Source: Myxococcales bacterium
GTDB lineage: Bacteria > Desulfobacterota > Binatia > HRBIN30
Length of the DNA: 64,000 nt
Direction of reading: 5' to 3'
Assembly: GCA_037445065.1 (NCBI GenBank)
Contig: JBBILD010000005.1
Coordinates: 32,001 to 96,000 of the forward strand
Part shown: one piece after another, positions 50,149-59,776 of the stretch
Numbering within the stretch: the first letter of the stretch is position 1
Layout of the letters: each line of letters begins with the position of its first letter
Translations under genes and position numbers: made by a program
Notes under the pieces: model-generated
The model's database searches: none
What the model was told of the DNA's origin: nothing
The model's input: only the letters and a program-made list of their open reading frames with translations

Positions 50149-51923
50149 GGCTTTCTGACAATGCAATGCCCGAGCACCAACGCGTCCATCCCGCTGCGCG
50201 CAAATGTGTTGAATGCGTTGGCTGGGCTCGTGACAATCGGTTCGCCCTTCAGGTTGAAGGAGGTATTCATCACAACCGGCACACCGGTGGCCTGCCCAAA
50301 ACGCTCGATCAACCGATAATACAGAGGGCTTTCGCTGCGATGCACGGCCTGCAAGCGGGCCGACGAGTCCACGTGCGTGATGGCAGGAACCACGGACCCT
50401 TGGCCGTCCTTCACTGGCACGACGTACAGCATAAAACGAGCCGGATAGTGCCGTGGCGCTTCTGGCAAATCGAAATAGCGCTCGGCCGCTTCGGCAAGCA
50501 CCGAGGGGGCAAACGGGCGGAAGGGTTCGCGGAACTTGATTTTCACGTTGACAATTTCCTTCATGTCGGCGCGGCGGGGGTCTGCCAAAATACTACGCGC
50601 CCCTAAAGCTCTCGGGCCCCACTCGAAGCGCCCTTGAAACCAACCTACGACGTGCCCAGCGACTAACTCTTCGACCACAGCGTCGAGCAAGCGGTCCTCG
50701 TCTTCATAAGTCTGGTAGGGCATACCGCAGCCTTGCACAAAAGACCGGATCGAAGCTTCGTCGAATTCCTCTCCCCAATACGCGTGTCGCATAACAAACG
50801 CTCGCGGATGGGAGAGAACCATATGGTGAGCCCACAATGCCGCGCCCAAGGCCCCACCACCGTCGCCAGCAGCAGGTTGCACAAATACCTCGCGCATCGG
50901 GGTTTCGCGGACGATTCGCCCGTTCGCAACGCTGTTCAGAGCCACGCCGCCAGCGAGGCACAAGCGGTCAATCCCCGTCAGGCGGTGCACTTCGCGCACC
51001 ATGGTGAGAACGATTTCCTCGGTAACGTGTTGAATACTGGCAGCCACGTCGGCGTAGTACTGGTTGCGGCGGGCCATTTCTTCATAGTTGGCGGGCTTGG
51101 GCTCGAAGTACGAGGGGTAACCTGAGCGCTCTGTAAAAAAGTGCCAGGACGGGTCGCGCGGTTCCCCGAATAGGTCGACGAACTTTTGGTTAAAGGTCTG
51201 TGTCGTCGAGTGATGGAACGAGAAATAGCTCATGTCGAGCCAGATCCCTCCGTCCGAGTCGACACGGACCAACTTGGCAACTTTGTCCACGTACTTGGGC
51301 TCGCCATACGGTGCCATCCCCATGACCTTGTATTCCCCCTCGTTCACTTCGAAGCCAAGGAAGGCCGTGAAGGCGCTGTACAGCAAGCCGACCGAATGGG
51401 GGAAATGAATCTCGCGCAGCAACCGGATTTGGTTGCCTTTGCCCACTCCCATGGTGGCCGTGGCCCACTCGCCGACCCCATCCACGGTCAAAATCGCTGC
51501 TTCCTCGAATGGCGAACAAAAAAAGGTGCTTGCTGCGTGGGACAAGTGGTGCTCGCTGAATAGGATCCGATCCGGAGGGGTGGCGAGTTCTTGGCGGATC
51601 AAGTTCTTCACCCAGAGCTTGTCCAACAACCACGTACTCATGGCGTCGCCGAACACCTTCCAGGTTTTTGGCACCGCCTGAAGCGCGGTCATGAGAATCC
51701 GCTCAAACTTGACGAATGGTTTCTCGTAAAACACCACGTAGTCCAGATCCTCACGCCGCAAACCTGCTTGCCGCAGGCAGAAGTCAATGGCGCGACGGGG
51801 GAAATCCGAGTCGTGTTTCTTGCGGCTGAAGCGCTCCTCCTCGGCGGCCGCGACCAGTTGACCATCCACCAGTAAGGCTGCGGCTGCGTCGTGATAGAAA
51901 CAGGAGATGCCCAAAATGTTCAT
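50145..51923 (-). CDS. O-carbamoyltransferase (NodU/CmcH/SxtI family)
   Basis: YHDAAAAL, EEERFSRKKHD, EHHLSHAAS, DGVGE, GEYKVMGMAPYG, GGVALN, EWGPRALG and NTSFN. Confidence 0.95.
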   Translation of the reverse strand: MNILGISCFYHDAAAALLVDGQLVAAAEEERFSRKKHDSDFPRRAIDFCLRQAGLRREDLDYVVFYEKPFVKFERILMTALQAVPKTWKVFGDAMSTWLLDKLWVKNLIRQELATPPDRILFSEHHLSHAASTFFCSPFEEAAILTVDGVGEWATATMGVGKGNQIRLLREIHFPHSVGLLYSAFTAFLGFEVNEGEYKVMGMAPYGEPKYVDKVAKLVRVDSDGGIWLDMSYFSFHHSTTQTFNQKFVDLFGEPRDPSWHFFTERSGYPSYFEPKPANYEEMARRNQYYADVAASIQHVTEEIVLTMVREVHRLTGIDRLCLAGGVALNSVANGRIVRETPMREVFVQPAAGDGGGALGAALWAHHMVLSHPRAFVMRHAYWGEEFDEASIRSFVQGCGMPYQTYEDEDRLLDAVVEELVAGHVVGWFQGRFEWGPRALGARSILADPRRADMKEIVNVKIKFREPFRPFAPSVLAEAAERYFDLPEAPRHYPARFMLYVVPVKDGQGSVVPAITHVDSSARLQAVHRSESPLYYRLIERFGQATGVPVVMNTSFNLKGEPIVTSPANAFNTFARSGMDALVLGHCIVRKP

Positions 51924-53146
51924 GTCGACTCTTGCTCCTTCCTAGCTCGGGCGTAAAACCGTTCGAGTTCTTCCACGTGCTTGGCTAACGAGAACCGCTG
52001 TTCCACCCATTGGCGCGCCGCACGCCCCAGCCGTTCCCGTTTTTCGCCATCGCGCACCAGGTCCGCAAGGCACTCAGCGAGAGCGGCCGCATCTCCTGGG
52101 CCAACGAGCATACCCGTGCGGCCAGTTTCGATGAGTTCCGGCACGCCCCCGGCAGCAGTAGCCACCACCGCTTTGCCCAACAGCATTCCCTCGAGGATCA
52201 CTCGACCAAAGGGCTCGGGTCGCACAGAGGTGTGAACGACGATGTCTAACGCGTTCACGAGGTCCGCCACGTCGGACCGGAATCCGGTCATCCGCACGAT
52301 GTCTCCGAGTCGTTCCCGCGCAACAAACTGCTCAATTGCGCGGTAGTACTCAGCACCGGCGCGGTGCACACCGCCAATCAAAGCACCGCGCAAGTTGGGA
52401 AAGCGCTCTCGCAATCGCGCCAAAGCCTGGACGAAGACAAGCTGCCCTTTCCACTCCTGCACATTGCCTACCACCCCCACCAATGGAGCCGCTGGATCCA
52501 CCCCCAATTCGCGGCGAACCTCCTGTGCGGGCCGGACCGGGTGGAAGTCCTGGGGGTCCACCGCATCGTAGATCACTGCGCAGTGGCGGTGCGTAATCCC
52601 ATGCTGCACGCAATGCTGTCGAACCGCCTCCGTCATGCAGATCAGGCCGGCAAGGCGCGGCGTGACCCAGCGCTCGCGAGCCGTGTACTTTTCGAAGCCT
52701 TTTACATGGCAAACCACTGGTACGCGCGCCAGGAGGCAGGCAAGAAGCGCATCGAAATTGGCTCGAACGCCGTTCCCAGCGTGCACGAGGTCGGGACGGA
52801 AGCGGCGCAAAATCGGAAGCAGCCGTAGGGCAGCCGGCAGGTCTTCCACCAACGTGCCCACAGTGCGCCGCGCGGCGAGCCGCACCTCACGCAGGCCACC
52901 TGCAGCAACAACACTTCGATATGGGCTCCAGGACTGCAGCCGGTGTTGTTTCGGCAAGCGCCGCCGCGACATATGCCAAACCTTTACCTGCAAGCGCTGC
53001 AGATCGGCTTCGATCGCCTTGGGCTCGTAAAGAACAATGCCGAGTTCATGCCCGCGCGGCCGGAGGCCCAAGATGCCGTGGTAGAGGCCGGTCAGCGAGC
53101 CACCGACGACTCCACCACTCGAGGCCTCCACAAACAAAATCCTCAT
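51920..53146 (-). CDS. GT4 glycosyltransferase
   Basis: GGS, WKGQ and EPFGRVILEGM. Confidence 0.92.
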   Translation of the reverse strand: MRILFVEASSGGVVGGSLTGLYHGILGLRPRGHELGIVLYEPKAIEADLQRLQVKVWHMSRRRLPKQHRLQSWSPYRSVVAAGGLREVRLAARRTVGTLVEDLPAALRLLPILRRFRPDLVHAGNGVRANFDALLACLLARVPVVCHVKGFEKYTARERWVTPRLAGLICMTEAVRQHCVQHGITHRHCAVIYDAVDPQDFHPVRPAQEVRRELGVDPAAPLVGVVGNVQEWKGQLVFVQALARLRERFPNLRGALIGGVHRAGAEYYRAIEQFVARERLGDIVRMTGFRSDVADLVNALDIVVHTSVRPEPFGRVILEGMLLGKAVVATAAGGVPELIETGRTGMLVGPGDAAALAECLADLVRDGEKRERLGRAARQWVEQRFSLAKHVEELERFYARARKEQEST

Positions 53147-53152
53147 AAAAGC

Positions 53153-54277
53153 TCAAACAAAGCGGCCAAAGCGGCTCGGTTTTCTTTCCAAAGAGGCCAA
53201 AATCGTGTTCATCACATCTTCGCAAGACCAATTCGGAGCCACCGACAGCTCGAAGCAACGGCTCGCTTCCACGAGCGAGGCGAGTTGTCGCTCGCGCTCC
53301 GCTACCAATCCAGACGGCGCCAGCTGTTCCCACACCGCGGCGAAGGCCCAGTAGCGGCGCAAGTCGTTGATGATCAGGTTTCCCGCGCTCAGCCACTGGT
53401 GCGCGAGCTTTGGCTCGATTGCCCGCATATACGTCCGTGCCCCTCGTCGCGGAAAGAGAATCGCAGTCACCTGCCCGCCCACGCTGCGTTTCTCCTGTGA
53501 CACGCGGAACCCGCGGCGGTCCAACAAGTATTTCTCCCCTAACGGAACAAGGATTTGCGCACGCGGTCCGAGCCAAGCCTGGCTCCGTCGGTCCAGCAAG
53601 ATCGGTTCGGGCACTGCTGTCACAGCCGTTGCGCGGTGCAGCACAAAGCTATCCGACAAAAGCCGGTGGCCGTCTTCCGCAGCCAGTGCAACCGCAAGTG
53701 TTGATTTCCCCACCCCGCTTGCCCCAGCCAAGAGTACCACTCCTAGCGGTGTCTCTATGCCCGCGGCGTGAATGGGATGGCCCAGCCCCCGCGTCTCGCT
53801 CAGCCACCAACAAGGGTAATAAACCAAGTACGAGACCAGCGTGGGGAAGCGGCGCCGCCGCCACTGCCGCACCTCGCGCCACCGAAGCACGCGACGGAGG
53901 CGGTCGGCCCCCCAGCTCCCCGCGACACGAAAGAAAAAGCGACCGACGACCTCCACTTGGTCAGCAGCAAAGCGAACTCGCAAGAACAGATCGCGCAAAT
54001 CGTCCACGCGGTACCAGTGCAAGGATCGCTCGCCAACGTACAGATCGCGGTCGACTCGCATCATCCCGGGCAAGTCCGGATGATCGGCCGGCCGCACTGG
54101 CTGCCCGTTGTGCCATTCCAGCCACGTGGAAAGGTCTGCCGGAAGGCGCACGTCTTCGCTCAACACGTCCTGCAGATGTTTTCGCGCGTAGTTGAGGAAC
54201 GGTTGATACGTCGTCTTGAGTTCGAAGGTAATGGAGCCGAGTTTTCCCTGCACTGCCTCCAAAGGGATGCCCCTCAT
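53153..54277 (-). CDS. HPr-kinase-like P-loop protein
   Basis: IHAAGI...VLLAGASGVGKST...LLSDS arrangement, typical of the HprK/PEPCK-like kinase fold. Confidence 0.65.
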   Translation of the reverse strand: MRGIPLEAVQGKLGSITFELKTTYQPFLNYARKHLQDVLSEDVRLPADLSTWLEWHNGQPVRPADHPDLPGMMRVDRDLYVGERSLHWYRVDDLRDLFLRVRFAADQVEVVGRFFFRVAGSWGADRLRRVLRWREVRQWRRRRFPTLVSYLVYYPCWWLSETRGLGHPIHAAGIETPLGVVLLAGASGVGKSTLAVALAAEDGHRLLSDSFVLHRATAVTAVPEPILLDRRSQAWLGPRAQILVPLGEKYLLDRRGFRVSQEKRSVGGQVTAILFPRRGARTYMRAIEPKLAHQWLSAGNLIINDLRRYWAFAAVWEQLAPSGLVAERERQLASLVEASRCFELSVAPNWSCEDVMNTILASLERKPSRFGRFV

Positions 54278-55737
54278 GCGTCACCCCCCTTGCGCGTGGA
54301 GAGTATGGCGAGGCCCCGAGCCACGAACGGAACTTGCCGAACCCAGCGAGCTAGCCATCGATTGCGCCGGGTAACGGCATCCAGCGTTGCACTGGCAATG
54401 AAGGCGACGTCCCCGCCACTGGGCAGCAACACCTCGCGCAACGCGATTCCTGACTCCGTCCGGAAGCGCTGAAGCAACAACGCCGCAGCAAACGAGTAGG
54501 CAATCGCAGTGGCGAGAGCCGCACCAACAATTCCGTAGCGGGGAATCAAAAACAAGTTGAGGCCAATGTTGGTCAGCAAAGCGAGGCCCCCAGCGAGCAC
54601 ATTGACTCCTTGTCGGTTGCGACTGGTAAAGTCTCTCGAAACGATGGTGAAGACCGCCATCGCCACCGCTCCGACGGCTGCAAAAGGCAAAGGCGCGGTG
54701 GCCTGGGCAAAAGCGCGCCCATACCAAAGCGGGATCAGGATCGGCCCGAACGCCACCACGGCGATCCCGCCACAACCCGTGAGTAGCACGGTTCGGCGGC
54801 ACGTTTGGGCCGTGACCCGGTGTACGTCTTGTTTGGGCAAGCCCGCCATCTTCGGGTACACAACCCACCCGACCGCCTGCGGGATTTCGAGAAGCATTTC
54901 GGTGAAATGCAGTGCCAAACTATAAAAGGCGGCCCGAGCCGGATCGAGGAAGTACGCGACGAGATAGACATCGCTGCGGAAGAGCAGGTGAGTGGTCAGA
55001 ATTTGCGTGTACGACTTTACCCCGAACCGAACTTGCCGCCTCAGCAAGCCCAAATCGGGCCGCAGACCAAAGGCGAGCCGGCGGCGAACCGAAATCAAAA
55101 GCGAGGCCACCACGGCAGTCGTTACGCCTGCATAAATCCACATCGCGACCCACAGGTCGAGCCGCCCGGTCCCCCAGGCCACCAACACGCCCAGCGCCAG
55201 TAAACCCGCGCCGGCCAGGCTGCGGCTATTGTAAAGAGAAAACTGACCCATCGCCTGCAGCACGCCCCAGAAAAAATTATCCAGCAAGAGCCACGGAAGC
55301 CGCCACAGACTCAAGGCGAATGCCCACAGGGGCAATCCCTTCAGGAAAGACGCAGAAAGCTCTTCTGCGAAACCCCACGTGAATGCCGCGCACACGAGGC
55401 TCAGGGTCACGGCCAATAAGAGCGAATTCGCCGCCACTTGGGCTAACGGCGCTCCTTCCCGGCGAACGCAATACACGTTCGCTTGCGTGATGCCCAGCTT
55501 GCACAGGGTCATCAACGTCGACGGCAGAAGCAGAGCGAGAGCCAAGAGCCCGCGGTCGTGAGGACCCAACCCACGCGCAAGCAGAATGCCCGTAATCATG
55601 CCGAGCGCGGCAACCCCCATCCGGGAGCCAAATAACGCCAGCATCTCGTGCGAGAGGCGTCTCATGGCGAACCCAGGGCTTTTTTCGGACCCGGAGCGCG
55701 AAGCTACCGGCGCGGCCGCTACGTTTCTTTCTGGCAC
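54274..55737 (-). CDS. Wzx-type oligosaccharide flippase (MOP superfamily)
   Basis: About 12-14 TM; LARGLGPHDRG, RSDVYLV and LIPRYGIVGAALAT. The start may lie slightly downstream. Confidence 0.88.
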   Translation of the reverse strand: MPERNVAAAPVASRSGSEKSPGFAMRRLSHEMLALFGSRMGVAALGMITGILLARGLGPHDRGLLALALLLPSTLMTLCKLGITQANVYCVRREGAPLAQVAANSLLLAVTLSLVCAAFTWGFAEELSASFLKGLPLWAFALSLWRLPWLLLDNFFWGVLQAMGQFSLYNSRSLAGAGLLALGVLVAWGTGRLDLWVAMWIYAGVTTAVVASLLISVRRRLAFGLRPDLGLLRRQVRFGVKSYTQILTTHLLFRSDVYLVAYFLDPARAAFYSLALHFTEMLLEIPQAVGWVVYPKMAGLPKQDVHRVTAQTCRRTVLLTGCGGIAVVAFGPILIPLWYGRAFAQATAPLPFAAVGAVAMAVFTIVSRDFTSRNRQGVNVLAGGLALLTNIGLNLFLIPRYGIVGAALATAIAYSFAAALLLQRFRTESGIALREVLLPSGGDVAFIASATLDAVTRRNRWLARWVRQVPFVARGLAILSTRKGGDA

Positions 55738-56462
55738 ACGATCATCCAGGTGTTGGCTCGGCGCCCCGGTAGCCGCTCCAGCGCCCCGATCAGCCAGCGA
55801 GCCAGAGGTTCCGCACGAAAGCGCAGGCGGTTCAGCCGCCGCTGAATCGGAAAATGCTTGAGCAACCCCTCGATCTCGATCACTCGGAACCCATGTCGGC
55901 TCAGTTCCTGTTCGGCTTCACCGGGCGCATAGAGTACGTCGTAAATGGGGTATTGCTCAACTCCGCGCTCGAGGCGGGCGGGAAGGCACACCTCGCGGTT
56001 CAAAGCGTCCAATACAAGGATCCCCGTTGGGCGAAGAAGCCTCCGGATCTCGCCGTACAAACGTGCTCGTTCTTCCTCACGAAAATGACGAATGAAGCGC
56101 GCTGTGTAAATCAGATCGAAGGTCTCGTCGCGAAACGGAAGGCAAAACGCATCCCCACGCAAAAAACTCCACGCTCGAGACTGGGTGCGCGCGGCAGCCT
56201 TGCGGAGCATGGGCAGGCTGGCGTCCACACCGACACCGAAGGAAAGACCTGTAACCTCCGCTGCGAGCCGGCCTGGACCACAGGCTAATTCCAGCACGGA
56301 GCGCGGCCGCAAGCGCCCAATGATGGAGTTCAAGTATGCTACCTGGCGACGATGCAGCAGGCCGTTCAGAGGTTGGCTCGTGCGCCGGTCCAGGTACGAG
56401 TCAACCACCTGCCGGTCTTGATAAAAAGCCTTGAGACGCTCGGGCTGGTGAATCGGGTCCAT
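55719..56462 (-). CDS. Class I SAM-dependent methyltransferase
   Basis: VLELACGPGR, GDAFCLPF, FDLI and LLRPTG. Confidence 0.88.
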   Translation of the reverse strand: MDPIHQPERLKAFYQDRQVVDSYLDRRTSQPLNGLLHRRQVAYLNSIIGRLRPRSVLELACGPGRLAAEVTGLSFGVGVDASLPMLRKAAARTQSRAWSFLRGDAFCLPFRDETFDLIYTARFIRHFREEERARLYGEIRRLLRPTGILVLDALNREVCLPARLERGVEQYPIYDVLYAPGEAEQELSRHGFRVIEIEGLLKHFPIQRRLNRLRFRAEPLARWLIGALERLPGRRANTWMIVCQKET

Positions 56463-56486
56463 AAGTTGTACTCAGCCGTTCCACGA

Positions 56487-57464
56487 CTATCCGACCGCCG
56501 TAACCGATGCAATTGCACCCTGAACGTCGTCCCGCCAACTCTCACGAGGCTTCCACCCCAGGTCACGGATGGCCGCCGAGCAGTCATAAAAAGCTCGGTG
56601 CGTAGCGCGGCAAACCTGGTGATAGGAAATGGGGCTACGTCGGCCAGCCAGCGCGAGTGCGTGCTCCGCTATCCATGCCGCCCCAGCCACCACTCGTACA
56701 GGTAAGTACACGGCCTGCCAATCCGCCCCCAAAGCGTGTTTTTGCACTTCCACCATCGCGCTCTGCGGTACATGCGCATCCACGATGGTGTATGCTCGGC
56801 CGATCACTCTTTCGTCCGCATTCAGCGCCAGGAGCGCGGCCTGGGCAACACTGTCCACGTGACTCAACGGCAAGGGGTAATCGCGGCGCGCGAGCAGCAA
56901 CCGATACCGCCTCCAAGCAATCACCTGCCGCGCCAGGGGCGGACGCCGCCCTGGACCGAACAACAGTCCAGGCCGTAACACCACTGCAGGAGCGCCCCTT
57001 TTCGCTTCCCATAACACCAGCCGATCGGCGGCCAGTTTCGAGCGGCTGTAATGCCCTCGCGCCCGCGACTCGCACTCATAAGAACCGGCTTCTGTAATCA
57101 CGGCCCCATCATCAGGCACATCAAAAACACTGAGGGAACTGACATGAACAAAGCGGCGCACCCCAGCGAAGCGGGCCGCATCCAGCAAACGGCCTGTGGC
57201 TCGAATATTGACCTCTGCAAACTCTTCCCAACTGCCACTGGTACTCACACGAGCCGCCGCGTGAATCACCGCATCCATTCCAACCACCGCCACCCGCGGT
57301 AAGGCTGGATCGACGAGGTCGCCAACCACCACTTCGAGGCCCATCCTGGCAAACGCCTCGTGCGCTGTCCGAGTCAGAACTCTGACACTGAGGCCCTGCG
57401 CGAGGGCGGTTCGCACCAGAGCCTGCCCTAAAAAACCAGCCGCCCCGGTGATCAGTACCTTCAC
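56487..57464 (-). CDS. NAD-dependent epimerase/dehydratase
   Basis: TGAAGFLG, HAAA, HVSS and YSRSK. Confidence 0.88.
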   Translation of the reverse strand: MKVLITGAAGFLGQALVRTALAQGLSVRVLTRTAHEAFARMGLEVVVGDLVDPALPRVAVVGMDAVIHAAARVSTSGSWEEFAEVNIRATGRLLDAARFAGVRRFVHVSSLSVFDVPDDGAVITEAGSYECESRARGHYSRSKLAADRLVLWEAKRGAPAVVLRPGLLFGPGRRPPLARQVIAWRRYRLLLARRDYPLPLSHVDSVAQAALLALNADERVIGRAYTIVDAHVPQSAMVEVQKHALGADWQAVYLPVRVVAGAAWIAEHALALAGRRSPISYHQVCRATHRAFYDCSAAIRDLGWKPRESWRDDVQGAIASVTAVG

Positions 57465-58519
57465 GCGGCCGCCTCCGCAGCGCGGCTCCCGCCTGCCACG
57501 CAGCGGTACAGCTCCTCTAACAAGGCAACCACCGCTCGCCCGTCCTCTGCCCGCACCGGGGGCTCCCGGCCTTCGGCCAAAGCCCGATAGAACTCTGCGA
57601 AATGCACTCCCATTCCCGGATAAAACCGCTGCCTTCCACGAACGAACTCCACAGCGTTGCGCACAGTGGCGAGCAAAAGTTGCCGCGCTTCATCCAAGTT
57701 GGGGAACACCTTGGCCAGCAACTTTGGAAGCTTCGGCATTCTGCGCACGACTAGTGTCATGTTGTTCAAGTTTACGAAGGCGGATGCCCGGGTTCCGTAA
57801 AGCACCACTACGTTCGCGATCGGCCGTGCTTGTGTGGACAGAGTCAGTTGGCAAAAGGCGCGTTGCCCCCGCAGCACAGCACGTAATTCTCGAAGACCAC
57901 CTTGCTCATCCCAATCCGCTGCAGCTTGGAGTTCGCGGATCTCGCCTACGAATCCGTGAGCCAAGTAGGCTGGGTGCGGCGCGGAATCAAAAACGGCCCC
58001 ACCGGGGAGTTCTGACTTCCAGACCTGCTCTTCGCCTTCCGCGCTACCCACGCTACAAAACACATCCACCCCCACCAATTCGCCAAGGGCGCCAGCGGAC
58101 AAGAGATGCCGCGCTTGGCGGATGACCGGGTCGAACCATCGGTTGTGATCCACGCTCAGCACCCGCCTTGTCTCACGTGCGACTTCCAGCATGCGATCAG
58201 CTTCTTCCGTGCTCACGGCCATCGGCTTCTCCACCAAAACGTTCACACCGGCGCGCATGAATTCGATGGCCAGGGCGGCGTGCGTCCGGGGAGGGGTCAC
58301 GATGTGAACGACGTCTGGCTCCAACGCACCCAGCATTTCCCGGATTTCTGCGCATGTGGGGACCTGCCAGCGCCGTGTAAACGCTTCCCGCGCACGTGGA
58401 TCCGCATCGCACCCCCCCACCAGCACCACCGACGGAAGAGCCCGCAGATAGGCGGCATGAACCTGTGCGATTCGCCCGCAACCAACGAGGGCGACTCGAA
58501 ATGGTTGGCGCTGGGCCAT
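57461..58519 (-). CDS. Gfo/Idh/MocA family oxidoreductase
   Basis: GCGRIA, EKPMA, DHNRWF and DSAPH. Confidence 0.9.
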   Translation of the reverse strand: MAQRQPFRVALVGCGRIAQVHAAYLRALPSVVLVGGCDADPRAREAFTRRWQVPTCAEIREMLGALEPDVVHIVTPPRTHAALAIEFMRAGVNVLVEKPMAVSTEEADRMLEVARETRRVLSVDHNRWFDPVIRQARHLLSAGALGELVGVDVFCSVGSAEGEEQVWKSELPGGAVFDSAPHPAYLAHGFVGEIRELQAAADWDEQGGLRELRAVLRGQRAFCQLTLSTQARPIANVVVLYGTRASAFVNLNNMTLVVRRMPKLPKLLAKVFPNLDEARQLLLATVRNAVEFVRGRQRFYPGMGVHFAEFYRALAEGREPPVRAEDGRAVVALLEELYRCVAGGSRAAEAAA

Positions 58520-58531
58520 CTCTCCAGAAAG

Positions 58532-59539
58532 TTACGCGGTTGCCCGCTGGCGTGTATGATTCTGCAACTGCTTTACGTTGTGGTAGACAGGATCGCCAAA
58601 GTCGCGAACCTTGCCGTTGCGCAGGAGTTCGTGAACCTCTCGAATCGCATCGTCCACGGTGTATTGCGGCACGAAGCCTAGACTCTCACGAATGCGGCGA
58701 AAGGACACGCGGTAACTGCGCCGGTCCTCCACCTGGTCGTAGGTTTCCACGACCGTACCCGGAATGTGAGCAACGACTTTGTCGGCGATCTGACCGACTG
58801 TGAAGTTCAGATGATCCCCTCCCACGTTGAAAATCTGCCGATTCACGCGCTCCGCCGGCGCTTCCACCGCGCGTACGAATGCGTCGGCCACGTCACGCAC
58901 GTGGATGTGAGGCCGCCACTGGTTTGCCCCCACGACCCGGATGCGACCCGTCACCGAAGCACGTGCGGAAATGGTGTTCACCATCAGGTCAAAGCGCATC
59001 CGCGGCGACAAGCCGCACACGGTGGACAGGCGCAAGATCACCACTTCTGGCCCGTCCTTTTCCTCCATGAGGACCTCTTCCGACATGATGCGGGTGCGCG
59101 CGTACAAGGAGACTGGGTTGAGCGGCGAGTTTTCATCGAGCCACTGGTCCCCGCTGGCCCCGTAAACGCTGCAAGAAGAAGCAAACACGATTCGTTGAAC
59201 TCTCGATTTGCGGCAAGCATCCAACAGCAGACGGGTCGATTCGAAATTGGTCATCAGCGCGACACGAGGATCCAAGTCGCAAGCCGCATCGCCGACCAGT
59301 GCCGCCAAGGCAACGACGGCACGCACGCCTTGCACCGCCTCGATCACGTCGCCGATGTGGCAAATGTCCCCGAACTTGGTCTTTAGGTGCGGGTTTCCGC
59401 GTAAGTCTGCGAGGCCGTGCTTCCCGTACAAGTAGTTGTCCAGAACTCGCACCTCGTAGCCGCGCTGGAGAAGCTGGCGGACAAGATGGGAACCAATGTA
59501 ACCAGCTCCCCCGGTGACCAAAATTGCATCCCGCTGCAT
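58532..59539 (-). CDS. NAD-dependent nucleotide-sugar epimerase/dehydratase
   Basis: GGAGYIGS, ASSCSVYG, YARTR (YxxxK is YxxxR here) and SPRMRFDLMVN; RBS GGAG present. Confidence 0.88.
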   Translation of the reverse strand: MQRDAILVTGGAGYIGSHLVRQLLQRGYEVRVLDNYLYGKHGLADLRGNPHLKTKFGDICHIGDVIEAVQGVRAVVALAALVGDAACDLDPRVALMTNFESTRLLLDACRKSRVQRIVFASSCSVYGASGDQWLDENSPLNPVSLYARTRIMSEEVLMEEKDGPEVVILRLSTVCGLSPRMRFDLMVNTISARASVTGRIRVVGANQWRPHIHVRDVADAFVRAVEAPAERVNRQIFNVGGDHLNFTVGQIADKVVAHIPGTVVETYDQVEDRRSYRVSFRRIRESLGFVPQYTVDDAIREVHELLRNGKVRDFGDPVYHNVKQLQNHTRQRATA

Positions 59540-59776
59540 CGCTCCCTCCCTAAAACCGAAATCTTCAATGCTCCTGCCGAGGTCGCGGGTCCCTCCCACT
59601 CAGAGCCGGCACGCGCTCACCGCGCGCAGCCCTAAATCCCGCCGGGTTACCCTGTGGTTGTCTTGGTGCAGACACATGCATTTGAACACGGTGGACCATC
59701 GCTGGTTTTCCCGGAACCTCAGCTACAGGCAGTGCCGATCCCATAAACTCGCTTAAAATGCAAGAACAAACGCAAC

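Noticed and set aside
48765..51923. Saxitoxin biosynthesis
   Set aside because: No sxtA, sxtG or other core genes are present; the context is polysaccharide biosynthesis.
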